Positions 42,200 through 53,903 of a DNA stretch of 64,000 nucleotides are shown in pieces. The notes beneath the pieces are model-generated. The model did no database searches. It saw nothing but the letters and a program-made list of their open reading frames with translations, and was not told where the DNA came from. The stretch lies in the NCBI GenBank assembly GCA_000004985.1, contig GG738907.1; one strand, given 5' to 3'. Position 1 is the stretch's first letter. Every line of letters starts with the position of its first letter. This stretch comes from Naegleria gruberi. Lineage: Eukaryota. The position numbers were made by a program, and so were the translations under genes.

Positions 42200-45100
42200 T
42201 TAAAGTGGGAGTTCTTTTAACGAGTTGATAATAGTCTGGAAAGAAAACTTGTTTAAGGGAATGGAGAGCAAAATCAATTCCAAGACACGACACGACACAC
42301 AACAAGTGAATAAACCAGAATAGTGGAGATTTGGCAGATTCAAACCAAATCTGAAATAAAGGTGAAGTTTCACTAGCATATATCCAATTGAATCCATAGA
42401 AAGTGCCCAGACAAACAAGAACTGCAAAAAAGTGAAATGGTGTAACCTAACAAATTGAAACTCTAAAAAACTCTTCAAGTGCACCACAAGGAATGAGCAT
42501 GAGGTGACTAATACAACCTTAACCCAAAATCCATCATCTTTCCCATTGGTGAATAAACATGAATCAGTAGAATACATGCAAAGGAAGAAAATTATGGTCA
42601 TGTGAAGCATTCCACCACCAATCCACTTGACAAATGTGTACAGGTTAAAGATATTTTCCTTCCTCAGGAGTTTGTAGAGAATTGGTCCATGTTTTGCATC
42701 TTCCAAATACTTTTCTGAGATATCCTTCTCAAAAATTCCAAAAGACAGAGGATTCAATTGCATAAAGAATAGAGTTGAAAGAATGGTTACAAAATCCTCA
42801 TTCAATGATTGACCTGAAAATTGAACAAAGAATGCATAAATAATTTGAATGAAAACAATTCCTAAATTGATATAAATGTAATAATGAATGAAATCGGCAA
42901 TTCTTTTGTATGAATATCTTCCATGGACAACTAGTAACCTTTTAAGCATTCTAAATTTTGGAATGGCAAAGTCAGATGACATTTTGGCTTGATTACCTTC
43001 CTTTCCAATTATTCCAACTCCAACATTCGCTTGCTGAATCATTGGTACATCATTAATACCATCTCCAATAGAAAGAATTCTCTTTCCAAGTTTGATTTTT
43101 GCAAAATGTACAAGTTGTGATTTTTGCTTTGGTGTTGATCTGCAAAAAACAACTGTTTTGCACTTTGACACCAAGGATTCAAAGTTTCGGCTAGATGAAC
43201 AAAATGTAAATGCATGTCCATCTAAAACAAGTACAATCTCCTTTTGGTTTTCTGAAGAGAGACTTTGAATCAATGTTAAAATCTCACAAACTTTCACATC
43301 ACCCTCTTCGTTACTTGTTATGGAACCTAAATCTCCATCAAGAGTGAATACTTGAGAATGTTCATGTATTAAACCTGCAATACCAGCTATTTTAAATGCA
43401 GTCTCTCTTTTGTCTCCTGTCAACATCCAAACATGAATTCCTGCCTCAATTAAAAAGGATATTGTCTCTGGAACTTGATCTTGAAGTGTGTCTTCTACAG
43501 CAGTACAACCAACGATTTCCAGATCTTTTTCTAATTGGCTTTCGCAATTTTCAATAGCTTCTTTTCTAGATTTTGAAATGAATGACTGAACTGAATTGTA
43601 ATTGGTCAACCAATTGATGGCCTCATTGGAATCCACAAATTTGAAACAAAATAAGAGAGTTCTCAAACCCTCGCTTGCAAATTGTGAAGATTGCACATTA
43701 ATCTTTTCATAATTTTCCTCAAAGTTTTTGGTTGCAAGCAATGGATATAAAAATGAATCGGCACCTTTCGAAAAGCAAATAACAAGTTGACCACTTTCGT
43801 CTGGAGCTATCCCATATTTCTCAGTTGCAATATGATAATATATTGGGAAATCATTTAAAAACTCTAATGATAATTTAAAGAGTGTTGACATTCGTTTCCT
43901 CTTTGGTGAGAATGGAATTTCTGCAATTCTTTCAAAAGAATATTCCTTTCCAAAAATGGAGAGAATAGTTTTCTTTTCTGAGAAGTATTTCAACTCAAAC
44001 TGGTTGTTCATTGCCCCCAATACAAGAGCCACCTCATCAATACTCTCTCCCTCATAAAAAACCTCATCCTCATTATCTTTCCTTATCTTCCTCAATGAAA
44101 CATTGTGACACAAACTCATCGAAAGCAGAGTGTTCATTACCAAGAATAATTGATCTTGATAGCTGTTTTGTAGATTGTTTCTGACCCACTCACCAATACT
44201 TCCTCTTTCGAGCATGTCATCAAATATTAAATCTAATCCTGCACAACACTTTTTGAAAATCATTGAATTTTCAGTGAGCGTTCCTGTCTTGTCAGAGAAG
44301 ATCATGTCAATTTTTGCAAGATCACAATTCAAATCACTGGAAATGGCTACTGAAGAAACTAATTGTTTCTTTTCAGGTTCCTCAATCAGGTTTGAAAATG
44401 CAACTAGTTCATTATCCATTGAAATAAACCAAGCTTGAACCATTTTTACCAACTCGAACGAAACCAATAAAGAAACTGGAATCAAATGGGCAAACATAAT
44501 AATGTGAGATAAGAATGCCAACACAACAAAGGATCCATCCGATATTGTCCTCTCTCTATTTCCCAAATAAAATTCTGTTCGTTCCCTGAATTCATAATAA
44601 GATTTAACAGCAGTAAATGAGAGGCAACAAATCATTTGAATACCAAACATGATTCCCACCATAATGTTCAACATTTTGTTCACAAGACTGAATTTAACAC
44701 TAGTCCTATTCATATTTTTCAATGATTTTGTGTCCTTTCCAGTATAGATTACAATTCCATAGGCAATCTCTGTGGAGAGCTTACATCCTTTCAAGAGAAG
44801 ATTCTGATGAAAAAGTGGAACTTGTTCATGACCATCCACAGTAATTGATCCAATAAATTTGTTCAGAGATTCATTTGGTTCTTGACACTTAATAATGCCA
44901 CCCAACCCCTTCAAACTTGCCACATTATTAAAAAGTTTTGAGAGTGTTGGAGGAAATCTTGATTTGAGAGATGTTTCACCATCCAAATTAGAGGTCTCTA
45001 TTTTACAACATGAATCTTCCTGACTTGAACCAATGAGAATCAAGTCTGCTGGGAATATTTGTCCTTGATCAACTTGAACAATGTCACCAACTCTTACTTT

Positions 45101-45373
45101 ACCAGTTTCTATTTTAACAAATTGTTCTTCTCTCAAAACCAATGTGTTGGCTTGGTTGACCTTTCTATCATTTAAAAATCTGAGAAAATCTTCACCTCCC
45201 TCTCTCAGCATATTCACACATATAATGAAAATGACAGGGAGAACAATTAATGCAGGTGGAATTGAGGTCACTCCTGGAATTAGTGAAATAATCATTTGAA
45301 AAATAAAGTACAATGTTCCAACTCTTCTACATTGATGAAATAGGTTAAGAAATGGGAAATTCCACCACGTGTA
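42200..45373 (-). CDS. P4-type ATPase (phospholipid flippase), exon 2 (to stop)
   Basis: Carries SNLDGETSLK, DKTGTLTEN, TGDKRETAFKIA and GDGINDVPMIQQANVGVGI. The in-frame extension upstream of the listed ORF encodes YTWWNFPFLNLF. Confidence 0.85.
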   Translation of the reverse strand, partial: YTWWNFPFLNLFHQCRRVGTLYFIFQMIISLIPGVTSIPPALIVLPVIFIICVNMLREGGEDFLRFLNDRKVNQANTLVLREEQFVKIETGKVRVGDIVQVDQGQIFPADLILIGSSQEDSCCKIETSNLDGETSLKSRFPPTLSKLFNNVASLKGLGGIIKCQEPNESLNKFIGSITVDGHEQVPLFHQNLLLKGCKLSTEIAYGIVIYTGKDTKSLKNMNRTSVKFSLVNKMLNIMVGIMFGIQMICCLSFTAVKSYYEFRERTEFYLGNRERTISDGSFVVLAFLSHIIMFAHLIPVSLLVSFELVKMVQAWFISMDNELVAFSNLIEEPEKKQLVSSVAISSDLNCDLAKIDMIFSDKTGTLTENSMIFKKCCAGLDLIFDDMLERGSIGEWVRNNLQNSYQDQLFLVMNTLLSMSLCHNVSLRKIRKDNEDEVFYEGESIDEVALVLGAMNNQFELKYFSEKKTILSIFGKEYSFERIAEIPFSPKRKRMSTLFKLSLEFLNDFPIYYHIATEKYGIAPDESGQLVICFSKGADSFLYPLLATKNFEENYEKINVQSSQFASEGLRTLLFCFKFVDSNEAINWLTNYNSVQSFISKSRKEAIENCESQLEKDLEIVGCTAVEDTLQDQVPETISFLIEAGIHVWMLTGDKRETAFKIAGIAGLIHEHSQVFTLDGDLGSITSNEEGDVKVCEILTLIQSLSSENQKEIVLVLDGHAFTFCSSSRNFESLVSKCKTVVFCRSTPKQKSQLVHFAKIKLGKRILSIGDGINDVPMIQQANVGVGIIGKEGNQAKMSSDFAIPKFRMLKRLLVVHGRYSYKRIADFIHYYIYINLGIVFIQIIYAFFVQFSGQSLNEDFVTILSTLFFMQLNPLSFGIFEKDISEKYLEDAKHGPILYKLLRKENIFNLYTFVKWIGGGMLHMTIIFFLCMYSTDSCLFTNGKDDGFWVKVVLVTSCSFLVVHLKSFLEFQFVRLHHFTFLQFLFVWALSMDSIGYMLVKLHLYFRFGLNLPNLHYSGLFTCCVSCRVLELILLSIPLNKFSFQTIINSLKELPL

Positions 45374-45412
45374 CTTTGGTTCTGTTAGTGAAATTAACCT
45401 AATTTAACTTAC

Positions 45413-45706
45413 CTTTGTTGTTGAGATGTAATTGGATGGAAATCTGCTAGTTCTAATTCCACATAACCACGGTTTAGTTTGTTTTCTATTCCATTCCCAA
45501 TCATTGATCTTTACAATGTGGGTAGTATTCGAATCTTGTTCCTCTAATGCATTCCTTGTTGAAATGTTGGTCGAAATTAGCTCAATTGAAGAGGAGGTTG
45601 TCAAAGAGACATCTGAACGGTTAACAAGTGAATGATTAAATGATTGATAAAGTGGAAATGTTGCAGTTGAAATACTTGAGTTTTGTTTCTGGTTTTTTGT
45701 TGACAT
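45413..45706 (-). CDS. P4-type ATPase (flippase), exon 1
   Basis: Encodes an N-terminus ending ...GIRTSRFPSNYISTTK. A GTAAGT donor and a 39-nt intron to acceptor CCAAAG restore the conserved STTKY|TWWNF junction. Confidence 0.65.
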
Positions 45707-46055
45707 TTTTTTGTGGTTGTTTAGTTCTAGTACATGAAATTGCCAAACAGTTTACAATGAGATCATAAATCTCACACAACTGAAAAAATGAAAGGAGATA
45801 ACTTCAAATCTCCTTAGTGGAATCATTGTCAAATAAGTTAAGATAAAGGACCTTGTAACTTAACGGAAATAATATTTTTGAAATTTTTTGAGTATTTTTT
45901 AAGGATAAACACACATGTCACTAACCTGAGGCTATTTTCTCAATAGTTTCTAATTATCAGAAAGAAAAAAATGAGCATGTGTTAGATTGGATGCAATACT
46001 ACTTTGTAGTCAAACTGTAAATATGTAAAAAGAAAGGACTGAGTAAAAAATTTAT

Positions 46056-46126
46056 CTCGAGTGCCGGGAATTGAACCCGGGTCGCCAGAGTGACAGTCTG
46101 GAATGCTACCACTATACCACACCCGA
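46056..46126 (-). tRNA. tRNA-Asp(GUC)
   Basis: Reverse complement reads TCGGGTGTGGTATAGTGGTAGCATTCCAGACTGTCACTCTGGCGACCCGGGTTCAATTCCCGGCACTCGA(G). A downstream T-run is present. Confidence 0.85.
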
Positions 46127-46633
46127 TTTCACATGTTCTAAATAGGAAGTGTGATCCTAATCTAGTATTTTCCAACAGGTGGTAGCTTTTTGAAAATGTT
46201 AGTAATTAACCAATATCGAGTGAAATTGAAGGAACTTTTTGAAGTTATTTTGAATAAGTGATCTAGTGGTAGTCTTGTGATGTGTTTAATTTCTTAAAAT
46301 TTTTATTTTTGAGATTAATGCCTTGCTTAATGTATTAGAAACAAGTTCGTCCCAAATATTTAAATTTTACATGGGGAGTAGAATTTAATTCGTTCACGAA
46401 TCAATTTACTTGAGTAAAAACATGTAAATAGGAAAATTACATTAATATTGTAAATATTATTTGGATACTCATTTGGCTAAAATTGTTGTTGGATGAATTC
46501 AATCAACCACCAACAATAGTTTCAAATTAGACTTTCCTTTTTAAAAAATATCCGTAAATGGAGCGAGGAAAATAGCGCTCCAAAGTTTCCTTTTTTATCC
46601 TCATTCAATAACTCAATCACACCATTAAAAAAA

Positions 46634-47437
46634 ATGTCTCGAACAATTTCAGTGTTTTTCATTCTATTCCTTTGCTGCACCTCTTCATTCAATCAATTAG
46701 TGCACGCAAACACAATTGACCTCAACAATCTCCACAAACAATTTGACTTGGTCATGACTTCAATCATGCCAAATTCAATTATGACCTTCCACCCAAAGTT
46801 TAAACAAGTTTATACTGTTGGAAATTCGAATAGTGTTGGTCCATCCTCATTGGATTATTGTTGTTTACCTCCAAAAGTTTCGATTAAATCACGAGTTTTC
46901 CAATTGGCTGTTCTTCATAATACTAGTAGTAGCACTTATTATTCTGATTGGGTTTTGATGAATGATTTGGAAAACTTTAGAGCTCGTTCAGATGTGCTCA
47001 ATACTAATGCTGGTTCGAATACTTCAGTTTATTCCTATAGAAATGAATTGGATGGGTTGACCTATAATTATGTTCACATGTGGAATCAAGAATGTTTCTG
47101 TACCAAGACAAGTAAGGCAGATTGGAAGAAAGGTTTCTGTACTCCACCTGGTAAATTACTTGAAGAATCGAATATTGCAATGAGAATTGCTAGAAAGTAT
47201 GGGACTGAACGAAAGGAAACGAATGCAAATTATTCAGGAGCCTATGCATGGACACAATCTGTTGAGGGATTAAATAAGGAATATTGTTGGTTCATTGGTG
47301 ACTATGTTTTTGAAGTGAATATTTATGGAACTGTTTCAAAAACTACTCAATTTTATGACATGTCATTAAATGTTGACGAAAAGGCATTTGACATTCCAAT
47401 GGTTTGTCCTCCACCATCCTCATGTCGATTGGTTTAA
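46634..47437 (+). CDS. secreted Cys-containing protein, function unknown
   Basis: 267-aa ORF with a signal peptide (MSRTISVFFILFLCCTSSFNQLVHA). Confidence 0.5.
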   Translation: MSRTISVFFILFLCCTSSFNQLVHANTIDLNNLHKQFDLVMTSIMPNSIMTFHPKFKQVYTVGNSNSVGPSSLDYCCLPPKVSIKSRVFQLAVLHNTSSSTYYSDWVLMNDLENFRARSDVLNTNAGSNTSVYSYRNELDGLTYNYVHMWNQECFCTKTSKADWKKGFCTPPGKLLEESNIAMRIARKYGTERKETNANYSGAYAWTQSVEGLNKEYCWFIGDYVFEVNIYGTVSKTTQFYDMSLNVDEKAFDIPMVCPPPSSCRLV

Positions 47438-47616
47438 TATTTCTTTTATATAAATCAAATTATCTCAAGTTCTTAATTACAATTTCACCCCCCAAACCTT
47501 TCACAATTATCATCTTTCTTAATATTTTAAAACATTAGAAAGAATTTCAAGTTGTTTTACAACTATATATATGACAATAACAATTAAATTGTAATGAAGA
47601 TGATTTTTCAATTAAG

Positions 47617-48336
47617 TTGCTTTTGAAAAAACTCAAAAAAATGTTCAAACAATTAGTGACTGTTAGGAAACAATTAAATTTTCATTCAATCAAGAACCTA
47701 CAAAATTATTATTACGGAATAAAATCATTTAGTACCAATTGTGTGATAAAATCATCCTCGGAGCAAGCAAATAACAATAATGATGAAGTGAATAATAATA
47801 ATATTAATTTAAAAATTGAAGAAAATAATTCGGAACAATTCAATGATGTAAATAATAATAACAATTCAAAAAGAACAATTGGAGAAAAACAAAATAGAAA
47901 TATGAGCAAATTATTCAGAAAGAGAGACCAAACATTGGAGACTGCCAAAAAATTCAAAGATTTGAATAGAAAGTTTACTCCTTCAAATGTTGAAGAGCCA
48001 AAGAAAAAGAAAGCTTCACCTGACTTGAAAAAGGCAATTAAATTATTGAAATTTATGGATGTAATGGAAAAGGCTAGTCAAGGAATTGATTTTGATCAAG
48101 AACAGGAATTTTCAAAATATGATAATGACGATGATCCAAGAATGCCAGAAAAGAAGTCAAAAGTTGCAAAGACTAGAAGAACAATGGATATTCATTTGGA
48201 TGAAAGAAACTTTAACTTACAAAAACCTGTTCCAAAAACAATTCTGAAAGGACAATTAAAAGAAATTAAGAGAGCTAGAAAGATAATTGATGATGACGAA
48301 AAGCATTTGAAAGATAAAAAACCATTCAAGTTCTAA
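47617..48336 (+). CDS. hypothetical basic protein (N-rich, possible organellar targeting)
   Basis: 239-aa ORF with a K/R-rich N-terminus. Confidence 0.45.
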   Translation: MLLKKLKKMFKQLVTVRKQLNFHSIKNLQNYYYGIKSFSTNCVIKSSSEQANNNNDEVNNNNINLKIEENNSEQFNDVNNNNNSKRTIGEKQNRNMSKLFRKRDQTLETAKKFKDLNRKFTPSNVEEPKKKKASPDLKKAIKLLKFMDVMEKASQGIDFDQEQEFSKYDNDDDPRMPEKKSKVAKTRRTMDIHLDERNFNLQKPVPKTILKGQLKEIKRARKIIDDDEKHLKDKKPFKF

Positions 48337-48358
48337 ATCAATAATGATTTATTGTGAA

Positions 48359-50614
48359 CTAGTTGTGTGAATTAGGATCATTGAGACTTTGTAAGAATGA
48401 GCCTTGCATTATTCCAAAATCTAGTTGGGTTTCGTCCTCACTTTCTTTTTGTCTGTAATAATTATTGTAATCATTTGTTGGTTCATTAATTATGGGTATT
48501 TCATTAAGTATACCCATCATGGAGCCTGTGATTTGAGATGGATTTACTTGAGAAACTGCAGGTTGATTATTTCTATCCTCAGAAGAGTCTGAATCGTTAT
48601 CATTGTTTGCATTAGCATACGAAGATGGTTTTCTATTACTCTTAATAAGTGCTCTAACTTCCTTGATTTGTATTAATGTTTCTGCATCAACACCAAATTT
48701 TGAAAGAACTGGAGCAAGGATTTGGTTCAACTTTTTTCTCTTCTTACTTGAACATAATTGTTTAACTGGCTTGTGAATTGTTGACATTAGGACTGTATAT
48801 TGCCTTGTAGTTTCATTATAGAGTCTTAGAGAATAAACACCTTCATCATTCTCTTCTGAAAGTTTCTTAATAAGATCATCTCTAATTTCTACAAAATCAG
48901 ACTCTGAAGCACTAGCACCTTGATTAGAGCCTGCATTAGAACCTCCTCTTTTTCTCTTCTTTTGAGAATTTTGAGTTGAGCTTGTTCCTCCGGGGGAAAG
49001 AGATGGTGATCCATCTTGGAAAGATTGCCATCCTTGTTGATTTGGTGAGAGTTGTTGAGAGTAAGATGGAGAAACGTTATTGCTAAAGGATGAAGCAGAG
49101 AGGTAACTAGTTTGTGGTTGAGGCTCTATGTATGGTTGGAAAATATTACCTTGTTGTTGAGGTTGGAGAGGAGAGTTTGGATTATTAGGTATTATAATTT
49201 TGGTATATTGTTGAGGTTGTTGATTTTGTTGTTGATTTGGAGATATTGGAGCAGAAACTAGTAATGAAGGAGAAATTGCATTCATTCCTCTTGTTTGATG
49301 TGCTTGATTTGGATCCAGAACACGTCCTCCTGGAGAAGTACTTCTATTATTTGTATTTGTGATGATAATTTGTTGTTGTGATTGTTGATTAGGATTTGTA
49401 TTGAATGGATAACCAACATTTTGGGAACCCATTGGTTGCATTCCAAATGTTCCTGGGGCAATTTGTACAAGTTGTTGTTTTGGAGAAGTAGGATAGTTAT
49501 TTTGTGGACTGAGCCTATTCATAACATTGAATAATTGTTGTTGTTGAAGAGCGGAATTGTTTTGTTGAGGAATTACTATGGTAGGAATACTGTTGGAACT
49601 ATTATTACTCTTTGGTGAGAGTGGTGCTTGACTCATTGATGAAACTTGTTGTAAATTCATTCCATTGATCATATTTAACATATTGGCTGCTTGATATTGT
49701 TGAAGGAAGGAAGCATTATTGTTAGAAGGGTTTGATGCTGGATTTGGCATAATAACAAATGTTGGAGCTCCAACATTATTCGGTACGTTCATCACATTAT
49801 TATTTGGCATCATATTATTTTGATTAAACTGTGATGGATTTCCAAGGATGACGCGAGGTTTCGACTGTTGATTATTTTGTTGATTGTTGATAGTGATGGA
49901 TCCATTTGATTGAGTATCATTTCTATTTTCTTGTTTTGTGTTGTTGGAAATGGCTGCACCATCGTAGGCTAAACTCACTATTGCACCAGAGAGTGGAAGC
50001 ACATTATTGAGTCCTTGGGAAATGTTTTGTGTTTGGGCAACAGTATTAGAAGTAATATTGGTAGAAGTTGTAGATTGGGTTGTGGAGGCTCCAGAAGGTG
50101 CACACTTGTTTAAATGTCTCGTATACTTTGGTCCTGAAACTAACTTGTGACATTCATCACAATTCACATATTTTGGAGCTCTCTTATTATTCTTGTGATG
50201 ATCCAGTTCGTAACACCAAATTCCTCCTTGTGATTTATGGTTATTCTCTTCACATTCTAGACATATAGAATTTTCATATTTGATTTTTCTACCTCTTCTA
50301 ACTTTCATGTCTTGACGACTTTGTCTCAATTTTGCAAGAGCTTCATCTGACATGCCCGGATGTTCTTCCATTTCATAACTGTCATCAGAGGCATTGTCAT
50401 GAACATGTGTACCACTATTATTATTATCTTCTTCAAAAGTCTGTTGATCAAAAACTTGATATCTGGATGAATCTTCTTGTTGTTGATGAGATGATTGGTT
50501 TCCTACTACATATTCGTCATTTTGAAAATCGTTAAAAGTGCCAGGTGAAGTTAAACCGTTAATAATATTTGTAAAGTTATTGAAGTCATTTGAGTTATGA
50601 TTATTAGAACTCAT
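48359..50614 (-). CDS. Q/N-rich nuclear protein with Sgf11/ataxin-7-type C2HC zinc finger
   Basis: 751-aa low-complexity ORF. N-terminal CLECEENNH...WCYELDHH and VNCDECHKLVSGPKYTRHLNKC segments match the Sgf11-type pattern C-x2-C-x11-H-x3-C. Confidence 0.6.
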   Translation of the reverse strand: MSSNNHNSNDFNNFTNIINGLTSPGTFNDFQNDEYVVGNQSSHQQQEDSSRYQVFDQQTFEEDNNNSGTHVHDNASDDSYEMEEHPGMSDEALAKLRQSRQDMKVRRGRKIKYENSICLECEENNHKSQGGIWCYELDHHKNNKRAPKYVNCDECHKLVSGPKYTRHLNKCAPSGASTTQSTTSTNITSNTVAQTQNISQGLNNVLPLSGAIVSLAYDGAAISNNTKQENRNDTQSNGSITINNQQNNQQSKPRVILGNPSQFNQNNMMPNNNVMNVPNNVGAPTFVIMPNPASNPSNNNASFLQQYQAANMLNMINGMNLQQVSSMSQAPLSPKSNNSSNSIPTIVIPQQNNSALQQQQLFNVMNRLSPQNNYPTSPKQQLVQIAPGTFGMQPMGSQNVGYPFNTNPNQQSQQQIIITNTNNRSTSPGGRVLDPNQAHQTRGMNAISPSLLVSAPISPNQQQNQQPQQYTKIIIPNNPNSPLQPQQQGNIFQPYIEPQPQTSYLSASSFSNNVSPSYSQQLSPNQQGWQSFQDGSPSLSPGGTSSTQNSQKKRKRGGSNAGSNQGASASESDFVEIRDDLIKKLSEENDEGVYSLRLYNETTRQYTVLMSTIHKPVKQLCSSKKRKKLNQILAPVLSKFGVDAETLIQIKEVRALIKSNRKPSSYANANNDNDSDSSEDRNNQPAVSQVNPSQITGSMMGILNEIPIINEPTNDYNNYYRQKESEDETQLDFGIMQGSFLQSLNDPNSHN

Positions 50615-51674
50615 ATTTATCTTGTTTATATTTGAAATACTGTATCTTGTGTAAATTTACAACTAGTTGATGATAAAGGGATGAAGATTGACAAGAAGGA
50701 GTGAAAAAGATCTACCGGAATATAAAGGAATAAGAGAAAGGATGATAAATTGATGAGAAATGATGATGGTTTGTTGTTAATAATTATTCAAACGACAACA
50801 ACAGGTTTTCGTACGAAGGCTTTTCAAATTCTTGTTGCGGAAGAATAACTTATTCTCGAGTGGGTAATTAATTAATTTTTTTTTGATGAAGTTTTTTTAA
50901 CCAGAGTTTGATGGACCACAAGCAAAGCCTCTCCCATGGAGAGCCTTTTGTGCTATTCACCAAATCTTATTGGAAAAAAACGAGCAAAACGAACAAGAGC
51001 ACTGTTTCCCTAATCTGACCTTAATTACAGTGAAGAAAAAGAGCGATGGTTGTTTTTACAGAAGAGTCAGGCAACTTGGCCACCCTTTTTTCATTAAGCA
51101 ATCTGAGAGGCTGTTATTGGGTTGATTTCTTCTGTGGGAAATTGTTTGGACCTTATTAAATAATAGTAGTACAATTTTCAATATTGGTATGCCCCTTCCG
51201 TGTGTGGTTGGATACAACCAGATGGAATTGTTCATTTTCTTGTTTCATTTTGGAATCGCTTATTTTGAGATTCTAATGGCTCAGGATAACCAACAGTTCT
51301 GGCTGGCTGATTTCTACAATTCAGCCTTCCAACTTGGGATGAGTTTATGACCAAATTGAATCAAGTGTTATAAGGTGTACAATAATAATTCGCGGAATTT
51401 TAAAATAGAGGGACTTGTATATTTATTAAGGCGTTGAAGATTGTAATTCTGTTGACAATTATGATCTTGTCCACTTGGAAATATATTTCTCACTGTATTC
51501 ATCCACACTTAAAGAGCGAAGATTCCCCATATTTTTTAAAGAAGCAAGATATGATTCAAGATACCCTTTAACAAAGAAGATGAAGGACCAAATTCTCTTT
51601 TACTTCATCCTGAGGAAGCTTGCTTAAAAATGCGATTTTTCTTGTCATTGTAAATTGCACAAAAATTTAAAAAA

Positions 51675-51803
51675 ATGGGCGCAAAGGAAATTATTAGTAG
51701 TTTGAGCAAGGTTGTTGCTGCTTCTCCTGTTGGAAAATATGCTAAATATTTGAATCCATACACTCCAGCTAAGATCTGGGCTGAAAACGGAAAGAAGGAA
51801 TAT
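51675..51803 (+). CDS. small single-TM protein (possibly a respiratory-chain/ATP-synthase accessory subunit), exon 1
   Basis: AAAAAATG start encoding MGAKEIISSLSKVVAASPVGKYAKYLNPYTPAKIWAENGKKEY, followed by a GTACGT donor. Confidence 0.45.
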
Positions 51804-51914
51804 GTACGTACTCATAAAATTACCAAAAAATTAATTTTTATCATCATCCGATGACCATCACGAATTTTTAATTATTACTATTTTATTATTTTAATGGAAA
51901 TTATCATCAAATAG

Positions 51915-51998
51915 GCTATCATTTACTTCTTCTCTTGGTACGTCCTTGCCGGTCTCTACTTTGCCAACAAGCCAAAGAAGGTCGAACAACAAAACTAA
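51915..51998 (+). CDS. small single-TM protein, exon 2
   Basis: Acceptor CAAATAG after a 111-nt AT-rich intron. Encodes AIIYFFSWYVLAGLYFANKPKKVEQQN. Confidence 0.45.
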   Translation, partial: AIIYFFSWYVLAGLYFANKPKKVEQQN

Positions 51999-52577
51999 AT
52001 TATTTTTGGAGAATTAAAGATTGAATTTTATCATTACACAATAACATTCTTTTGAAAGAATCCCTACTAGATATTAAAGGGTTTTAAATAAACGTCCAAG
52101 TGGGACCTTTAGTAATAATAATAATAATTATTAATATAATCTACAGTACAACATTATTGATGTGGAGCGATTTGATGAGACTTGATTTTTGTAGAGTGAT
52201 GATGAAGGGTAGTTGATTAATGTTATTACACTACATTTCAGGGGAATAATATTAATCTGGAATATTGATGATAATCCGAGTTGTATTCAAAACAAACATG
52301 AATAAGGATACAACCGAGCCATTCCAAGTATCTCTCATGATAACACATGATGACAAGACGTGACTTTTCTACAAAAGAAGAACAATTATGAAATTAGTAG
52401 CTACTCTCTCCCAAGTGAAACAACTTCCTAAAAACAAACGAATAATCAAATACATCAAGCAACTTCCAAAATCAAAGCATGCCAAGTTGTATGTTGATTG
52501 TATCATTGAGCATCATATCTCAATAATTGATTCATTCATATAATTGATTCGTAAATGAGAATTTGGAATGAAAATAT

Positions 52578-53903
52578 TTAATTGTCAACTTGTTGACTTT
52601 TAACAAAATTGTAAAACTCGATAGTAAATATGGAAACTCTCCAAGCATGTTTCTTCTCTGAATTTGATCGATTGAAATTTTCTTTAAAGAGAGCTTTGTA
52701 ATCTTCATTACAGAGAACCAATTTACAACTCTTTTCTGGATACTTGTTCTGGAAGAGTGGCACGAAATAATTCAAAATCTGAGTTCGATTCTTGAATGCA
52801 TCAATCAAGACATAAGTTTTACCTTTCCACTTGACAGAGAAATCGTCCAAATCACCAACTGGTTTCTGAGACTTGGTATGATCTTTTTCTGATTCATCCA
52901 CAATGGAGAATGAAGTACCATTTGAGGAAGAAACACTTGTTTGTTTGCTGCTAAGTTTTGAAGACTTGCTTGGTTTCTCATAGGATGAGCCATTCGAAAC
53001 TGGAGATGAAACATTGTATTCATGTGTTGGTGATTCTCTTCTCTTCTTTACAACATTATTTCTTGCTCTGGTTTTGATTGGTTCTGGATTTGGTGGAAGA
53101 TCAGCACATGCATTCGAATGCAAAACATGACTATTAGAAACTGCACTGTTTAACCTCTTTTCAGATTCATTAATTTGATACCTCAGTGAATTATTTTCTC
53201 TTTCCAAATCGATTATCATTACAGATTGCCTTTCCAGCTGTTTCTCCAACTGAGAAATTCTTTCGAATAGAGGGGAAAGATTTTGATCTGCTACTATTGT
53301 TGGTGTATGTGGAGCATGTTGATATTGTGGACGTGAGTTATTTCTAGAGTTTGTGGATGATTGTAAACATGCAAAGAATCCATTTGGTGAATCTACTGCA
53401 GTTCTACATGGATATGATACAGTATTCGAATAAGTTTCGTACTTTCGTTGAGACGAAATGTGAGAAACATTATCATCAGAAACTTGTCTTTGATTTGAAT
53501 GCATTGATACATGTGGAGTTGCTGTGTTGTTCTGGGTATTAGTATGAGATGGATATGAAGAATAAGTTTCCTGTAAAAATTCTTTCAAATTTGGCAAAAC
53601 AGAAACTGGAGAAGCAGAAAGCAGTTTTCTATTATTGGAAAACATGTTAGAATCCTGACTAAACCCATCCATTTGATGTGCTGCTCTATTCATCATCATA
53701 TCTGAATTAGTAGTAGCCAACAGTTGGTTTGAAGTATTTGAATTAAAATATTTAAAACTTGCTGGTGGTGGCAGTTGACTTGTAGTGGACATGGGTGATG
53801 TTGAGGATGTTAGAGCCGGAAGAGTCATGTTACTGGAGTTGTATCTTTCAGGTATAGTGGTGGTATTACTAGAAGTAGTTGTTGAGGAAGTTGTTAGTGA
53901 CAT
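52578..53903 (-). CDS. hypothetical S/T/N-rich protein with coiled-coil segment
   Basis: 441-aa ORF with a coiled-coil stretch (ISQLEKQLERQSVMIIDLERENNSLRYQ). No recognisable catalytic domain. Confidence 0.5.
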   Translation of the reverse strand: MSLTTSSTTTSSNTTTIPERYNSSNMTLPALTSSTSPMSTTSQLPPPASFKYFNSNTSNQLLATTNSDMMMNRAAHQMDGFSQDSNMFSNNRKLLSASPVSVLPNLKEFLQETYSSYPSHTNTQNNTATPHVSMHSNQRQVSDDNVSHISSQRKYETYSNTVSYPCRTAVDSPNGFFACLQSSTNSRNNSRPQYQHAPHTPTIVADQNLSPLFERISQLEKQLERQSVMIIDLERENNSLRYQINESEKRLNSAVSNSHVLHSNACADLPPNPEPIKTRARNNVVKKRRESPTHEYNVSSPVSNGSSYEKPSKSSKLSSKQTSVSSSNGTSFSIVDESEKDHTKSQKPVGDLDDFSVKWKGKTYVLIDAFKNRTQILNYFVPLFQNKYPEKSCKLVLCNEDYKALFKENFNRSNSEKKHAWRVSIFTIEFYNFVKSQQVDN

